The notes below the pieces were generated by a model. The model was not told where the DNA came from and did not search any database. It saw only the letters and a program-made list of their open reading frames with translations. Below are positions 40,385 through 52,200 of a stretch of 64,000 nucleotides of DNA, piece by piece; position 1 is the first letter of the stretch, and each line of letters begins with the position of its first letter. This stretch comes from Macrostomum lignano. Its lineage: Eukaryota. Location: NCBI GenBank assembly GCA_002269645.1, contig NIVC01001077.1, positions 125,573 to 189,572 of the forward strand, in the 5' to 3' direction. The position numbers and the translations under genes were made by a program.

Positions 40385-40860
40385 AGTAGGGGTGCTTGAT
40401 CATTCTAGGCGACGCTTTAATCATTCTATGGGACGCTTTAATCATTCTATGGGACGCTTTAATCATTCTATGAGACGCTTTAATCATTCTATGGGACGCT
40501 TTAATCATTCTATGAGACGCTTTAATCATTCAATGGGACGCTTTAATCATTCTATGGGACGCTTTAATCATTCTATGGGACGCTTTAATCATTCTATGGG
40601 ACGCTTTAATCATTCTATGGGACGCTTTAATCATTCTATGAGACGCTTTAATCATTCTATGGGTCGCTTTAATCATTCTATGAGACGCTTTAATCATTCT
40701 ATGGGACGCTTTAATCATTCTATGGGACGCTTGATCATTATATCGGGCGCTTAATCTATTTAAGTGGCGCTTAATCATTGTAGGTGACGCTTAATTTTTC
40801 TAAATGGCGCTTAATCTTTCTAAGTGGCGCTTAATCGTTCCACCTGGCACTTAATCTTCC
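40385..40860. repeat. 21-bp minisatellite (gctttaatcattctatgggac)
   Basis: Visible. Confidence 0.93.
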
Positions 40861-41168
40861 CAGTGGCATTTATTCTTTTTTAAAAAGTCTTTTAATCTTC
40901 ATCTTTCTGGAATCTTTGTAAGTATCGTTAACTCTTTGTAAGGGGCGCATGCTTGATTTTCTTCTACGAAGTTGTTAATTTCTCTTACAAGTGCCTAATA
41001 TCGTACGGACGCGTCTTTTCCTGTATGTATGCTTGTTCTAATGGATTGTATAGGTAAGGAGAAGTGTGTAATTTCGAGGCCCTATTCATCAACCCAACTA
41101 ATAACGAGGATCTCAATAAATAATCTGACGCAATTTCTTCGCAGTCAGAGCAGACACCGGTAGTTCTG

Positions 41169-41600
41169 ATGAAGCGGTATCCGGCCCCGACGCGCTGCCT
41201 ACTGTGTCACCTGCTGGTTTGGTCGACAATCGCATGCTGCACCGGGCAGCAACTCGTAGCTGCGCCAACCGACAGGAAGTCAGCAGATTCAGCCGACAGA
41301 GCGCCGACGCCGTCCGAGACTGACCTTGTCGGCGAAGGGATCGTCGTCGGTGGCAGCGGCGGCGAATTCGTCTTCGTGATCGTGTTCTTCTGCGTAGGCC
41401 TGGTGGGGTTCATAGTGCTGGTGGCCTACTGCACCAGGTACGCTTCGTCCAAGGCGGACCGGCGGGCGGAGCGCTACCTGTCGGAGGTGCAGGAGCGCCG
41501 GCGGATTAGCCAGGAGAATGCCTACCGCCTCAATGCCGCGTTGGTTCAGCATGCGGTGCCGCAGGTGCCGGGAAGCGAGTGCTACCTGCCTGCTGGCTGA
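41169..41600 (+). CDS. Uncharacterised small type-I membrane protein (signal peptide, short ectodomain, one TM helix, cytoplasmic tail), >=143 aa
   Basis: GC-rich non-repetitive ORF with a hydrophobic N-terminus (CLLCHLLVWSTIACCTG) and a TM segment (FVFVIVFFCVGLVGFIVLVAYC) followed by a basic stop-transfer stretch. An acceptor ttcttcgcag| at 41144 lies 24 nt in-frame upstream of the ATG. Confidence 0.6.
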   Translation: MKRYPAPTRCLLCHLLVWSTIACCTGQQLVAAPTDRKSADSADRAPTPSETDLVGEGIVVGGSGGEFVFVIVFFCVGLVGFIVLVAYCTRYASSKADRRAERYLSEVQERRRISQENAYRLNAALVQHAVPQVPGSECYLPAG

Positions 41601-41613
41601 GGTGACTTCAATG

Positions 41614-42479
41614 CAGGAGTCGGCAAACTTTTTACCTCAGAGGGCCAGATGGAGATCTATTAATCTAGCGCATGAGGAAGGGAAAGAGAAGATGGAATAG
41701 AGGAGAAAATGGGAGAGGGGAGATAATAGAGGCACAAGAGAAGGTGGAACAGAGAAGGGAGCGGAGAGAAGGGAGAGGAGAGAAGGGACCGGAGAGAAGG
41801 GAGAGGAGAGAAGGGAGAGGAGAGAAGGGAGAGGAGAGAAGGGAGCGGAGAGAAGGGAGGGGAGAGAAGGGAGAGGAGAGAAGGGAGAGGAGAGAAGGGA
41901 GGGGAGAGAAGGGAGAGGAGAGAAGGGAGAGGAGAGAAGGGAGCGGAGAGAAGGGAGGGGAGAGAAGGGAGCGGAGAGAAGGGAGGGAGAGAAGGGAGAG
42001 GAGGGAGAGGAGAGAAGAGAGAAGGGAGCGGAGAGAAGGGAGCGGAGAGAGGGGAGAGGAGGGAGAGGAGAGTAGAGAGAGGGAGAAGGGAGCGGAAAGA
42101 GGGGAGAGGAGGGAGAGGAGAGGAGGGAGAGGAGAGAAGAGAGAGGAGAGAAGGGAGCCGAGCGGAGAGAAGGGAGCGGAAAGAGGGGAGAGGAGGGAGA
42201 GGAGAGAAGAGAGAGGGAGAAGGGAGCGGAAAGAGGGGAGAGGAGGGAGAGGAGAGGAGGGAGAGGAGAGAAGAGAGAGGAGAGAAGGGAGCCGAGCGGA
42301 GAGAAGGGAGCGGAAAGAGGGGAGAGGAGGGAGAGGAGAGAAGGGAGCGGAGAGAAGACAGGAGAGGAGGCCGAGGGAGCTAAGAAGAGACACAAACCTT
42401 AGGCGGACAAAAGATGCTATTGTGAAGTTGCAAAGGACCCGAGAAATTTGTTCCGTGGGCCGGAGTTTGGCGACCCCTG
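41614..42479. mobile_element. hAT/Charlie (MER58-like) MITE 2 carrying a GA-rich array, inserted 13 bp after the TM-protein stop
   Basis: TIRs caggagtcggcaaac ... gtttggcgacccctg; degenerate 8-bp TSD cttcaatg/ctttaata. It shares gctattgtgaagtt.caaaggacc with MITE 3. Confidence 0.8.
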
Positions 42480-42633
42480 CTTTAATACGATCGTAGCTGA
42501 TCTACGAGCCATCCATGCATATTAGACTGGTCCTGCGGTTTTACACGAGGCTGGTTTTCGTTAAAAGATGCATTATTGAGGAAGTCTTCAGGTTCTTTAC
42601 CGCCTTAATTCGCACAATAGCTCACCTAAATCC

Positions 42634-42970
42634 TTTTTTAGAGGCAGGGGGCTGTGTGCACCCTGGCGCACTTTAAGCGACATTGTCGCACAACCGGCGA
42701 GAGACATTACTGCCCGTTCCGCCGACTTCCCTGAGTAGGCACACACCTCATAGGAGTACGTGTACAACGGTCCTAACTTTATTTATGGTTGTACGGCATG
42801 TACACTTCACTGTGACTTGGGGGTTGGCCCTCAAGGTGTTAATTGCACGAGCAGAGCCAAGCCAAGATTCCAATTTTGACGCAATTAAACCAATGTGACT
42901 GCACTTGGAATCGAGCCTGGGCCGCTGGCACATCAGAGAGCCGCGCCAGACCACTGGGCTACGGTCCCCC
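42634..42970 (-). mobile_element. tRNA-derived SINE, family B, copy 1
   Basis: Reverse complement of the 43054 copy, with an A/B-box head and a cctgcctctaaaaaa tail. Confidence 0.82.
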
Positions 42971-43053
42971 TTTTGTCTATGGTAAACCTGGAGCATTTTG
43001 CCCAAGTAAACCAGTCTTCTGTGAAACCACACGATCAGTAAGCGTTGCGCCCT

Positions 43054-43413
43054 AAGGGGGGCCGTAGCCCAGCGGTAGCGCAGCTGCTCTGGTGTGCCAG
43101 CGACCCAGGCTCGATTCCAAGTGCAGTCACATTAATTTGGGGCTGAATTGGAATCTCAGCTTGGCTCTGCTCGTGCAATTAACGGCCTTGGGAGCCAACC
43201 CCCCAAGGCGCAGTGAAGTGTACATGCCTAACGATAATATAAAAGTTAGGGCCGCTGTACACTCCTGTGTGAGTGTGTGCCTGCGTACGTATCCGCGCGC
43301 TTGTATGCCTGCTCAGGGGAGTCAGCGGAATGGGCAGCAATGCCTCTCGCCGGTTGTGTGCCTATGTCGCTTAAAGTGCGCCAGGGTGCACACAACCCCC
43401 CTGCCTCTAAAAA
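43054..43413 (+). mobile_element. tRNA-derived SINE, family B, copy 2
   Basis: A box tagcccagcggtag, B box ggctcgattcc, short A tail, and a 14-bp TSD aagcgttgcgccct (43040-43053 and 43414-43427). Confidence 0.88.
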
Positions 43414-43859
43414 AAGCGTTGCGCCCTTCTCGCTACTAACTTTCTCTGTCGATCCACTGCAGTCACCACCAGAAGTCAGAGTTAGTGATGCATTTTTTGA
43501 GACTGCAACCTCCTAATGTACCCGCACCTATGCACCTCATGTATCTCTTCTATTTTATATAAATCAATTAACTTAATGGCTAGGCCCAATGCAGCTTTGA
43601 ATTTCAGTTAGCTAGCGATAAAATAAGTCTTGAATAAAAACAACTGCTTTCAAATCAGAGTTTGATGGATTTTTGAAATGGTCAGTCCAGTTCCGCTTCC
43701 TTGCTACAGTCAGATGCTTAGCCAGGATTTTTTATTGGGGGCGCCGGCACCAAAAAGGACCATGGCGCCAAAGTAGTTGTCAGGGAATTGCTAAAGCGAG
43801 GAACAGAGGCGAAGAGGTGAACCTGTGAAGGGGGCGCGCATTCAGTGGACTAGGGGGGG

Positions 43860-44500
43860 GGGCGGATTGAGTGGACTACGGGGGCGGACGGATTGAGTGG
43901 ACTACGGGGGCGGATGGATTGAGTGGACTACGGAGGCGGATTGAGTGGACTACGGGGGCGGACGGATTGAGTGGACTACGGGGGCGGACGGATTGAGTGG
44001 ACTACGGAGGCGGATTGAGTAGACTACGGGGGCGGACGGATTGAGTAGACTACGGGGGCGGACGGATTGAGTGGACTACGGGGGCGGACGGATTGAGTGG
44101 ACTACGGGGGCGGACGGATTGAGTGGACTACGGGGGCGGATTGAGTGGACTACGGGGGCGGATTGAGTGGACTACGGGGGCGGATTGACTGGACTACGGG
44201 GGCGGATTGACTGGACTACGGAGGCGGATTGAGTGGACTACGGGGGCGGATTGAGTGGACTACGGGAGCGGATTGAGTGGACTAGGGGCAAGAGGCGGAT
44301 TCAGTGGACTGGTGGCGGCCGCGGGGGCTCCACTGCACTAGGGAGGCGGATTCAGCGACTAGGGGGGGATTCAGTGACTTGGGGGGGATTCAGTGACTTG
44401 GGGGGATTCAGTGACTTGGGGGGGGATTCAGCGACTAGGGGGGGATTCAGTGACTTGGGGGGATTCAGTGACTTGGGGGGGATTCAGTGACTTGGGGGAG
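43860..44500. repeat. 20-24-bp (ggattgagtggactacgggggc) and ~19-bp (ggattcagtgacttgggg) arrays
   Basis: Visible. Confidence 0.9.
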
Positions 44501-45364
44501 GGGGGGGGTGGGGTGGCGCCTTTTTTTGCCATCCTTTTGTGTGGCGCGATCACCTGCTTCTCTTTCTTTTTCCTGCTTCTCTGGTTACAGCACTCAGCAA
44601 TCTTTCCAGAAGTTCATTTCTTGAAGGATTATATTCTGTTCCAGATGTCTATGGCAAAGCCCCATTTAATGCATGTCATTCTATAAAAATGTAAACTGTA
44701 AAATACAGCTGATCATTCTACAACACTGATATATCATCTGGTTTTCTAAAATATTCTATAATAAGTATTTGCGAAATACGCTTATCAATATATTGCAATA
44801 AATTATTTCAAAAAGTACATGCGTCATCATGCGACACTTAAATAAACAAAGCTGGGATGCACTTTTAAAGACTTGCTTATAGCATCTCATTAGCATCACA
44901 TTATGGATTAGTGCGGCTTATCGACTGAGTAACTCTCACCTACTAGGCTGTAACTATTACAGATATTTACAGCTCGAAAAGGCCTTACCGCAGCTGTTCA
45001 CATTAATCCCCCATAGGAAATGTTCCCATTTTCGCTGCCGCCAACATTCTCGGCCTCACACATTTTCCCCCAGAATCCCAATCTACCGCTCAATCAATCC
45101 GCTTTGTCTCTCAAATTAAATTTGCTCTCAGCGAATTCCCAGTCAAAATAAATAGCCTATATGGGAGTGGAGATGGGAGTCTGCAGGCAGGATTATAACT
45201 CTAGCTGTCAATAGTCTGACTAAGAGTTTGGGGAGCTGCGCCGATACTATGAAGAAACTCTATGATTCCATGTGAGCAACTCGATCGGACGAGGATTATG
45301 AGAGGCTCTATGAGAAATGATGAGAAATACGGTGAATGATTCTAAGAGGGATTTTAAAGAGGGA

Positions 45365-46232
45365 CTATGTATCAGAAGCCGTGAGAGAGTTACTATGAGA
45401 AGCCATGAGAGAGACTATGAGAAGCCGTGAGAGACTGAGAGGCCATGAGAGACTATGAAAAGCCGTGAGACACTATGAGAAGCCGTGAGAGAGACTATGA
45501 GAAGTCATGAGAGAGACTATGAGAAGCCGTGAGAGAGACTATGAGAAGCCATGAGTGACTATGAGAAGCCGTGAGAGAGTGACTATCAGAAGCCGTGAGA
45601 GTGACTATGAGAAGCCGTGAGAGGGACTGTGAGAAGCCGTAAGAGTGACTGTGAGAAGCCATGAGTGACTATGAGAAGCCATTAGAGAGTGACTATGAGA
45701 AGCCGTGAGAGAGACTATGAGAAGTCATGAGAGAGACTATGAGAAGCCGTGAGAGAGTTACTATGAGAAGCCATGAGTGACTATGAGAAGCCGTGAGAGA
45801 GTGACTATGAGAAGCCGTGAGAGAGTGACTATGAGAAGCCGTGAGAGTGACTATGAGAAGCCGTGAGAGGGACTGTGAGAAGCCGTGAGAGTGACTGTGA
45901 GAAGCCATGAGTGACTATGAGAAGCCATTAGAGAGTGACTATGAGAAGCCGTGAGAGAGACTATGAGAAGTCATGAGAGAGACTATGAGAAGCCGTGAAA
46001 GAGACTATGAGAAGCCATGAGTGACTATGAGAAGCCGTGAGAGAGTGACTATGAGAAGCCGTGAGAGTGACTATGAGAAGCCGTGAGAGGGACTGTGAGA
46101 AGCCGTGAGAGTGACTGTGAGAAGCCATGAGTGACTATGAGAAGCCATTAGAGAGTGACTATGAGAAGCCGTGAGAGAGTGACTATGAGAAGCCGTGAGA
46201 GTGACTATGAGAAGCCATGAGATAGCTTATGA
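45365..46232. repeat. ~20-22-bp minisatellite (gactatgagaagccgtgaga)
   Basis: Visible. Confidence 0.93.
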
Positions 46233-46786
46233 GAAACTACAATAGATATAATAAAGCTGTAAGAGAACAAGAGACTAAAGGCACAGATAGCCTTTGTTTC
46301 AAGTTATAAAAGAATTTTTTAAAACTTGCGCAAGAACCTCAATACGAACTCGTCATTTCGTTGTCATTTAAGTCATTAAAACTAGAATAAACAAATTGAA
46401 AGTGTCACCGACTTTTATCATTATTAATATAAATAAAATAGTAACATAAAACTCTAACAGAGCAACTACTGAATTCTGCCGCATAAAAATACCAACTCAG
46501 TACAACTAGTGTGCAGGCACTGTAAGTAAAAGAAAAATATATCTTTTAAGCACAAACTACAGATTCTAGAATAACTGCGTGTAGACATGTCCTTCGCAAT
46601 TAATGTCGTGAAAAAGCAAAGCACCTACTCATTTTTCAGTAGTTTGTCTGCGCAGGTTCACTTGAATTTAACGTGGCAGTTGAAATTCCTTTCCTTTCTC
46701 GGGGTTTGCGGCCTCAGGAGCATATGGGGTTAATAATGAACAAGGATTTAACTTCGATGTACACAAGTGGACCTAAGATGGACCGG

Positions 46787-47382
46787 GGACGAAACTCAGC
46801 CTAGAAAGGGCAGGTCCAGTCTAGCTCAGCCAATGAGAGAGCGGTAAGGAGAGAGGTCAAAGTCAGACGGACGAAACTCAGCCTAGGGAGCAGGCCCAAT
46901 CTAGCTCAGCCAATGAGAGAGCGGTAAGGAGAGAGGTCAAAGTCAGACGGACGAAACTCAGCCTAGGGAGCAGGCCCAATCTAGCTCAGCCAATGAGAGA
47001 GCGGTAAGGAGAGAGGTCAAAGTCAGACGGACGAAACTCAGCCTAGGGAGCAGGCCCAATCTAGCTCAGCCAATGAGAGAGCGGTAAGGAGAGAGGTCAA
47101 AGTCAGACGGACGAAACTCAGCCTAGAAGGGGCAGGCCCAGTCTAGCTCAGCCAATGAGAGAGCGGTAAGGAGAGAGGTCAAAGTCAGACGGACGAAACT
47201 CAGCCTAGGGAGCAGGCCCAATCTAGCTCAGCCAATGAGAGAGCGGTAAGGAGAGAGGTCAAAGTCAGACGGACGAAACTCAGCCTAGAAGGGGCAGGCC
47301 CAGTCTAGCTCAGCCAATGAGAGAGCGGTAAGGAGAGAGGTCAAAGTCAGACGGACGAAACTCAGCCTAGGGAGCAGGCCCC
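46787..47382. repeat. 80/82-bp tandem repeat, ~7.5 near-identical copies
   Basis: The period from 46861 to 46941 is 80 bp; there are two variants (ctagggagc / ctagaaggggc). Confidence 0.95.
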
Positions 47383-48114
47383 TGTTTTATCTCGCTCGCT
47401 ATGGACACGCACTGGATTTGGGTGCAGCTTCAAAAACTTTTTTTAAATTTAAAAAACTTTAAATTGTAAAATTTAACAAACTTTCGTATTTTACTATTAG
47501 AAAGGCAAAACGCTAATTTTGCTACTGAAGAGTAGATGAGCGCGTATTTTCAGCGAGGGACATAGCTAGTTATTCTAGTATCTCTAAGATAAAACAAACA
47601 AGACAACTAGTAGACAAACAATTTTTAACAAGCAGGCGGTTACTGAGAATGCATTCAAAATTTACCAGGTGTAAAAATTATAACAATAAATTCAATTGAA
47701 ATAAAATAATAACAAGAAAAATCCAAGGCAATGTCTATGGAAAGGAACTGAAATGAAGCGAGTAACCCAGGCACAGTTTGCTACTTACAGTAATATAAAA
47801 GGCACTCAGTATAGTAGACAAAATAATGAAAAAATAGTTAGCAGCCAACGTTAAACCTGATCTTTTAAAACAATATTACGAGACGTAGAACAGTCATAAA
47901 CTCGGGTTCAGGTGTCGTATTTAAAGTACTGAATATTTATTAAACACGAAACTACGAAAGTAGTGGAATAGTAATGGCAAGCTATACAGAGGAAAAAGTA
48001 CTCTTTTAAAACTGCTAATATAATAAACTTACAAAAATATGATTGAGCAAAACGGTTATTACATCTTTTTAAATCAACTAGGAAATCTTCAAACTATAAA
48101 TTCACACTTAGAAT

Positions 48115-49095
48115 TATTGATCCCAAATCTAAGTCACAGATCCCAAATCTCAGTCAGAGATCCCAAATTTTAGTCACAGATCCCAATCTTAGTCACAGAT
48201 CCCAAATCTCAGTCAGAGATCCCAAATCTTAGTCACAGATCCCAAATCTCAGTCAGAGATCCCAAATCTTAGTCACAGATCCCAATCTTAGTCACAGATC
48301 CCAAATCTCAGTCACAGATCCCAAATCTCAGTCAGAGATCCCAAATCTTAGTCACAGATCCCAAATCTCAGTCAGAGATCCCAAATCTTAGTCACAGATC
48401 CCAATCTTAGTCACAGATCCCAATCTTAGTCACAGATCCCAAATCTCAGTCAGAGATCCCAAATCTTAGTCACAGATCCCAAATCTCAGTCAGAGATCCC
48501 AAATCTTAGTCACAGATCCCAAATCTCAGTCAGAGATCCCAAATCTTAGTCACAGATCCCAAATCTCAGTCAGAGATCCCAAATCTTAGTCACAGATCCC
48601 AATCTTAGTCACAGATCCCAAATCTCAGTCAGAGATCCCAAATCTTAGTCACAGATCCCAAATCTCAGTCAGAGATCCCAAATCTTAGTCACAGATCCGA
48701 ATCTTAGTCACAGATCCGAATCTTAGTCACAGATCCGAATCTTAGTCACAGATTCCAATCTTAGTCACAGATCCCAATCTTAGTCACAGATCCCAATCTT
48801 AGTCACAGATCCCAATCTTAGTCACAGATCCCAATCTTAGTCACAGATCCCAATCTTAGTCACAGATCTCAATCTTAGTCACAGATTCCAATCTTAGTCA
48901 GAGATCCCAAATCTCAGTCAGAGATCCCAAATCTTAGTCACAGATCCCAATCTTAGTTACAGATCCCAATCTTAGTCACAGATCCCAATTTTAGTCACAG
49001 ATCCCAATCTTAGTCACAGATCCCAATCTTAGTCACAGATTCCAATCTTAGTCATAGATCCCAATCTTAGTCATAGATCCCAATCTTAGTCAGAT
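48115..49095. repeat. 19/20-bp minisatellite (gatcccaaatcttagtcaca) just 3' of the MAP4K stop
   Basis: Visible. Confidence 0.94.
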
Positions 49096-49272
49096 CTCAA
49101 AGTTCCGTCATCACAGGTCCTAAATTTGTCAGACTCGAAATCCCTACGTCAGTTGATGATCCCAAATCCTCATGCGAAGTTATCGATCCCAAATCCCTAG
49201 TCCTTAAGAATTACCAGATGATCCCTATAACAGATTCGTAGAATTCGAAGAAATAGCCAAGAAAGCAGGCAG

Positions 49273-52200
49273 CTAGAGTCTCTCTGACCCATCGGCAATG
49301 TGCCCAATCACCATGACGATGTCACAGCTGGCCATGGGGTCGGACACTGGCCGGCGCTCAAGCACGGCGCTGCGGCCGGCAAAACCGAGGAACCGGTACA
49401 CGTGGGACTGGTCCGTCACGTCTTGAACCACCTCGCCTGTCTGCCAGGCTCGGGCCTGCAAATTTGGGAAAATCGGGCTAGAAATAGGATCTGGGAAGAG
49501 GGCGATTAGGGTGGGATCTGGGAAATGGGAGGCCGCGTAAGGGATCTAAGAAAGGGGAGATTAAGGTGGGAGCTGAGAATGAGATAGGATCTGAGAATGA
49601 GATAGGATCTGAGAATGAGATAGGATCTGAGAATGAGATAGGATCTGAGAATGAGATAGGATCTGAGAATGAGATACGATCTGAGAATGAGATAGGATCT
49701 GAGAATGAGATAGGATCTGAAAATGAGATAGGATCTGAGAATGAGATAGGATCTGAGAATGAGATAGGATCTGAGAATGAGATAGGATCTGAGAATGAGA
49801 TAGGATCTGAGAATGAGATAGGATCTGAGAATGAGATAGGATCTGAGAATGATATAGGATCTGAGAATGAGATAGGATCTGAGAATGAGATAGGATCTGA
49901 GAATGAGATACGATCTGAGAATGAGATAGGATCTGAGAATGAGATAGGATCTGAGAATGAGATAGGATCTGAGAATGAGATACGATCTGAGAATGAGATA
50001 GGATCTGAGAATGAGATAGGATCTGAGAATGAGATATGATCTGAGAATGAGATAGGATCTGAGAATGATATAGGATCTGAGAATGAGATAGGATCTGAGA
50101 ATGATATAGGATCTGAGAATGAGATAGGATCTGAGAATGAGATACGATCTGAGAATGAGATACGATCTGAGAATGAGATACGATCTGAGAATGAGATACG
50201 ATCTGAGAATGAGATACGATCTGAGAATGAGATAGGATCTGAGAATGAGATAGGATCTGAGAATGAGATACGATCTGAGAATGAGATAGGATCTGAGAAT
50301 GAGATATGATCTGAGAATGAGATATGATCTGAGAATGAGATAGGATCTGAGAATGATATAGGATCTGAGAATGAGATAGGATCTGAGAATGATATAGGAT
50401 CTGAGAATGAGATACGATCTGAGAATGAGATAGGATCTGAGAATGAGATAGGATCTGAGAATGAGATACGATCTGAGAATGAGATAGGATCTGAGAATGA
50501 TATAGGATCTGAGAATGAGATAGGATCTGAGAATGAGATAGGATCTGAGAATGATATAGGATCTGAGAATGAGATAGGATCTGAGAATGAGATAGGATCT
50601 GAGAATGAGATACGATCTGAGAATGAGATACGATCTGAGAATGAAATAGGATCTGAGAATGAGATAGGATCTAAGAATGATATAGGATCTGAGAATGATA
50701 TAGGATCTGAGAATGAGATAGGATCTGAGAATGAGATAGGATCTGAGAATGAGATACGATCTGAGAATGAGATAGGATCTGAGAATGAGATAGGATCTGA
50801 AAATGAGATAGGATCTGAGAATGAGATAGGATCTGAGAATGATATAGGATCTGAGGAAGAGATAGGATCTGAAAATGAGATAGGATCTGAGAATGAGATG
50901 GGATCTGAGAATGAGATGGGATCTGAGAATGAGATGGGATCTCAGAATGAAATGGGATTTGAGAAAGAGATGGGATCTGAGAATGAAATGGGATTTGAGA
51001 AAGAGATGGGATCTGAGAATGAGATGGGATCTGAGAATGAAATGGGATTTGAGAAAGAGATGGGATCTGAGAATGTAGTGCTGAGCAGGGTCCGCACCTG
51101 AAATCCGTGACAGTGAAAAGCCAGCAGACTGTCGGCAAGCGGCTGTGCGGCCTCAACAACAAACGGAAACTCGATACGGCCGTCAGCAGCCTCGGAGGAG
51201 TCGCCGAAGCTGCATGCGCGGCCGGTGTCCAGACGGTGCAAAATGGCCAGACGGCCGTGGCAGAGCAGCACGCTGCGAGAGCCCAGCTGTTCAAGGTGCA
51301 CCAGGCCGAGCTCCTCCAGGTTTAGATGGCCATAACCAGGATGAATTCGACGGTAGCCCAGATCGGGCACTGGCAGCAGCTGTATATCACAATCGGCTCG
51401 TTCAAATTCTAGCAGGTGAAACCTCACTATACTACTGCTGCTGCTGCTATCAGTAGCCAGTAAAGAATTGCTGCCCATAGCGCCAAGGCAGGCGAACGGC
51501 AGCTCCTTATCGGGCCGGGTTAGCAGTTCCAGCGTGAGCAGCGGCTGCGGCATCTCAGCTGGCCGGACCAGTCGGCACGGATTGAACCTCCGCCTGCCGG
51601 GATCCCAGCGGAGCAGCACGACGGAGTCAGGCAGGGCGCAGACCAGCCAGCGCTGCCCAGTGGCCGGGTGGCAGCGCGCAGCCGCCCGGATGCAGCCTTT
51701 GGTGCTGGGCACCTTGGCAACCGCAGCTGACCTGGCCCGGCCCAGCAGCAGTCGAGGCTGCTTGGACTGCTGCTGACTGATCAGGGCCGGCAGGTCCAAC
51801 CGGTACAGGCGGGGGTGCCGGCCGCAGGCTGCGGTCACCACATCGCGATACACATCCAGCCAGATGCAGCGCATTGGCAGCAGCTGCACCATGACGGACT
51901 CGTGCAGCTGGCTGAGGCTCATGCAGTACAGGCCCTCGTTAGCGCCTAGCAGAAGAAGCGAGTCATCATCTTGGCCGGCGCCTCCGCTGCCATTCCACCT
52001 GGCGCAGCAGTTGATCTTCAGCGGGCAGGTGTCGAACAGTTGCACCAGGCCGGCGCCCATCCACGGCACCGACGAATGCGGGGAGGCGGGAGGTGCGGCG
52101 GGCGACGTACGGGGCGGCGGAGGCCGGGAAGGCGGAGCGACCTAACGGGACGTGCGAAGGAAAATTAGTGCAGTTAGTGCATTGTGTACTGCAGGGTGTT

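Noticed and set aside
43715-44540. Possible MITE shell (gccaggattttttattggggg ... ggggtggcgcc) around the 43.9-44.5 kb arrays
   Set aside because: No matching terminal inverted repeat or TSD could be identified.
46787-47382. Possible CRISPR-like array
   Set aside because: The units are contiguous and identical with no unique spacers, there are no cas genes, and the context is eukaryotic.
49566-51101. (SENEIG)n ORFs
   Set aside because: They come from an 18-bp intronic minisatellite of the MAP4K gene.
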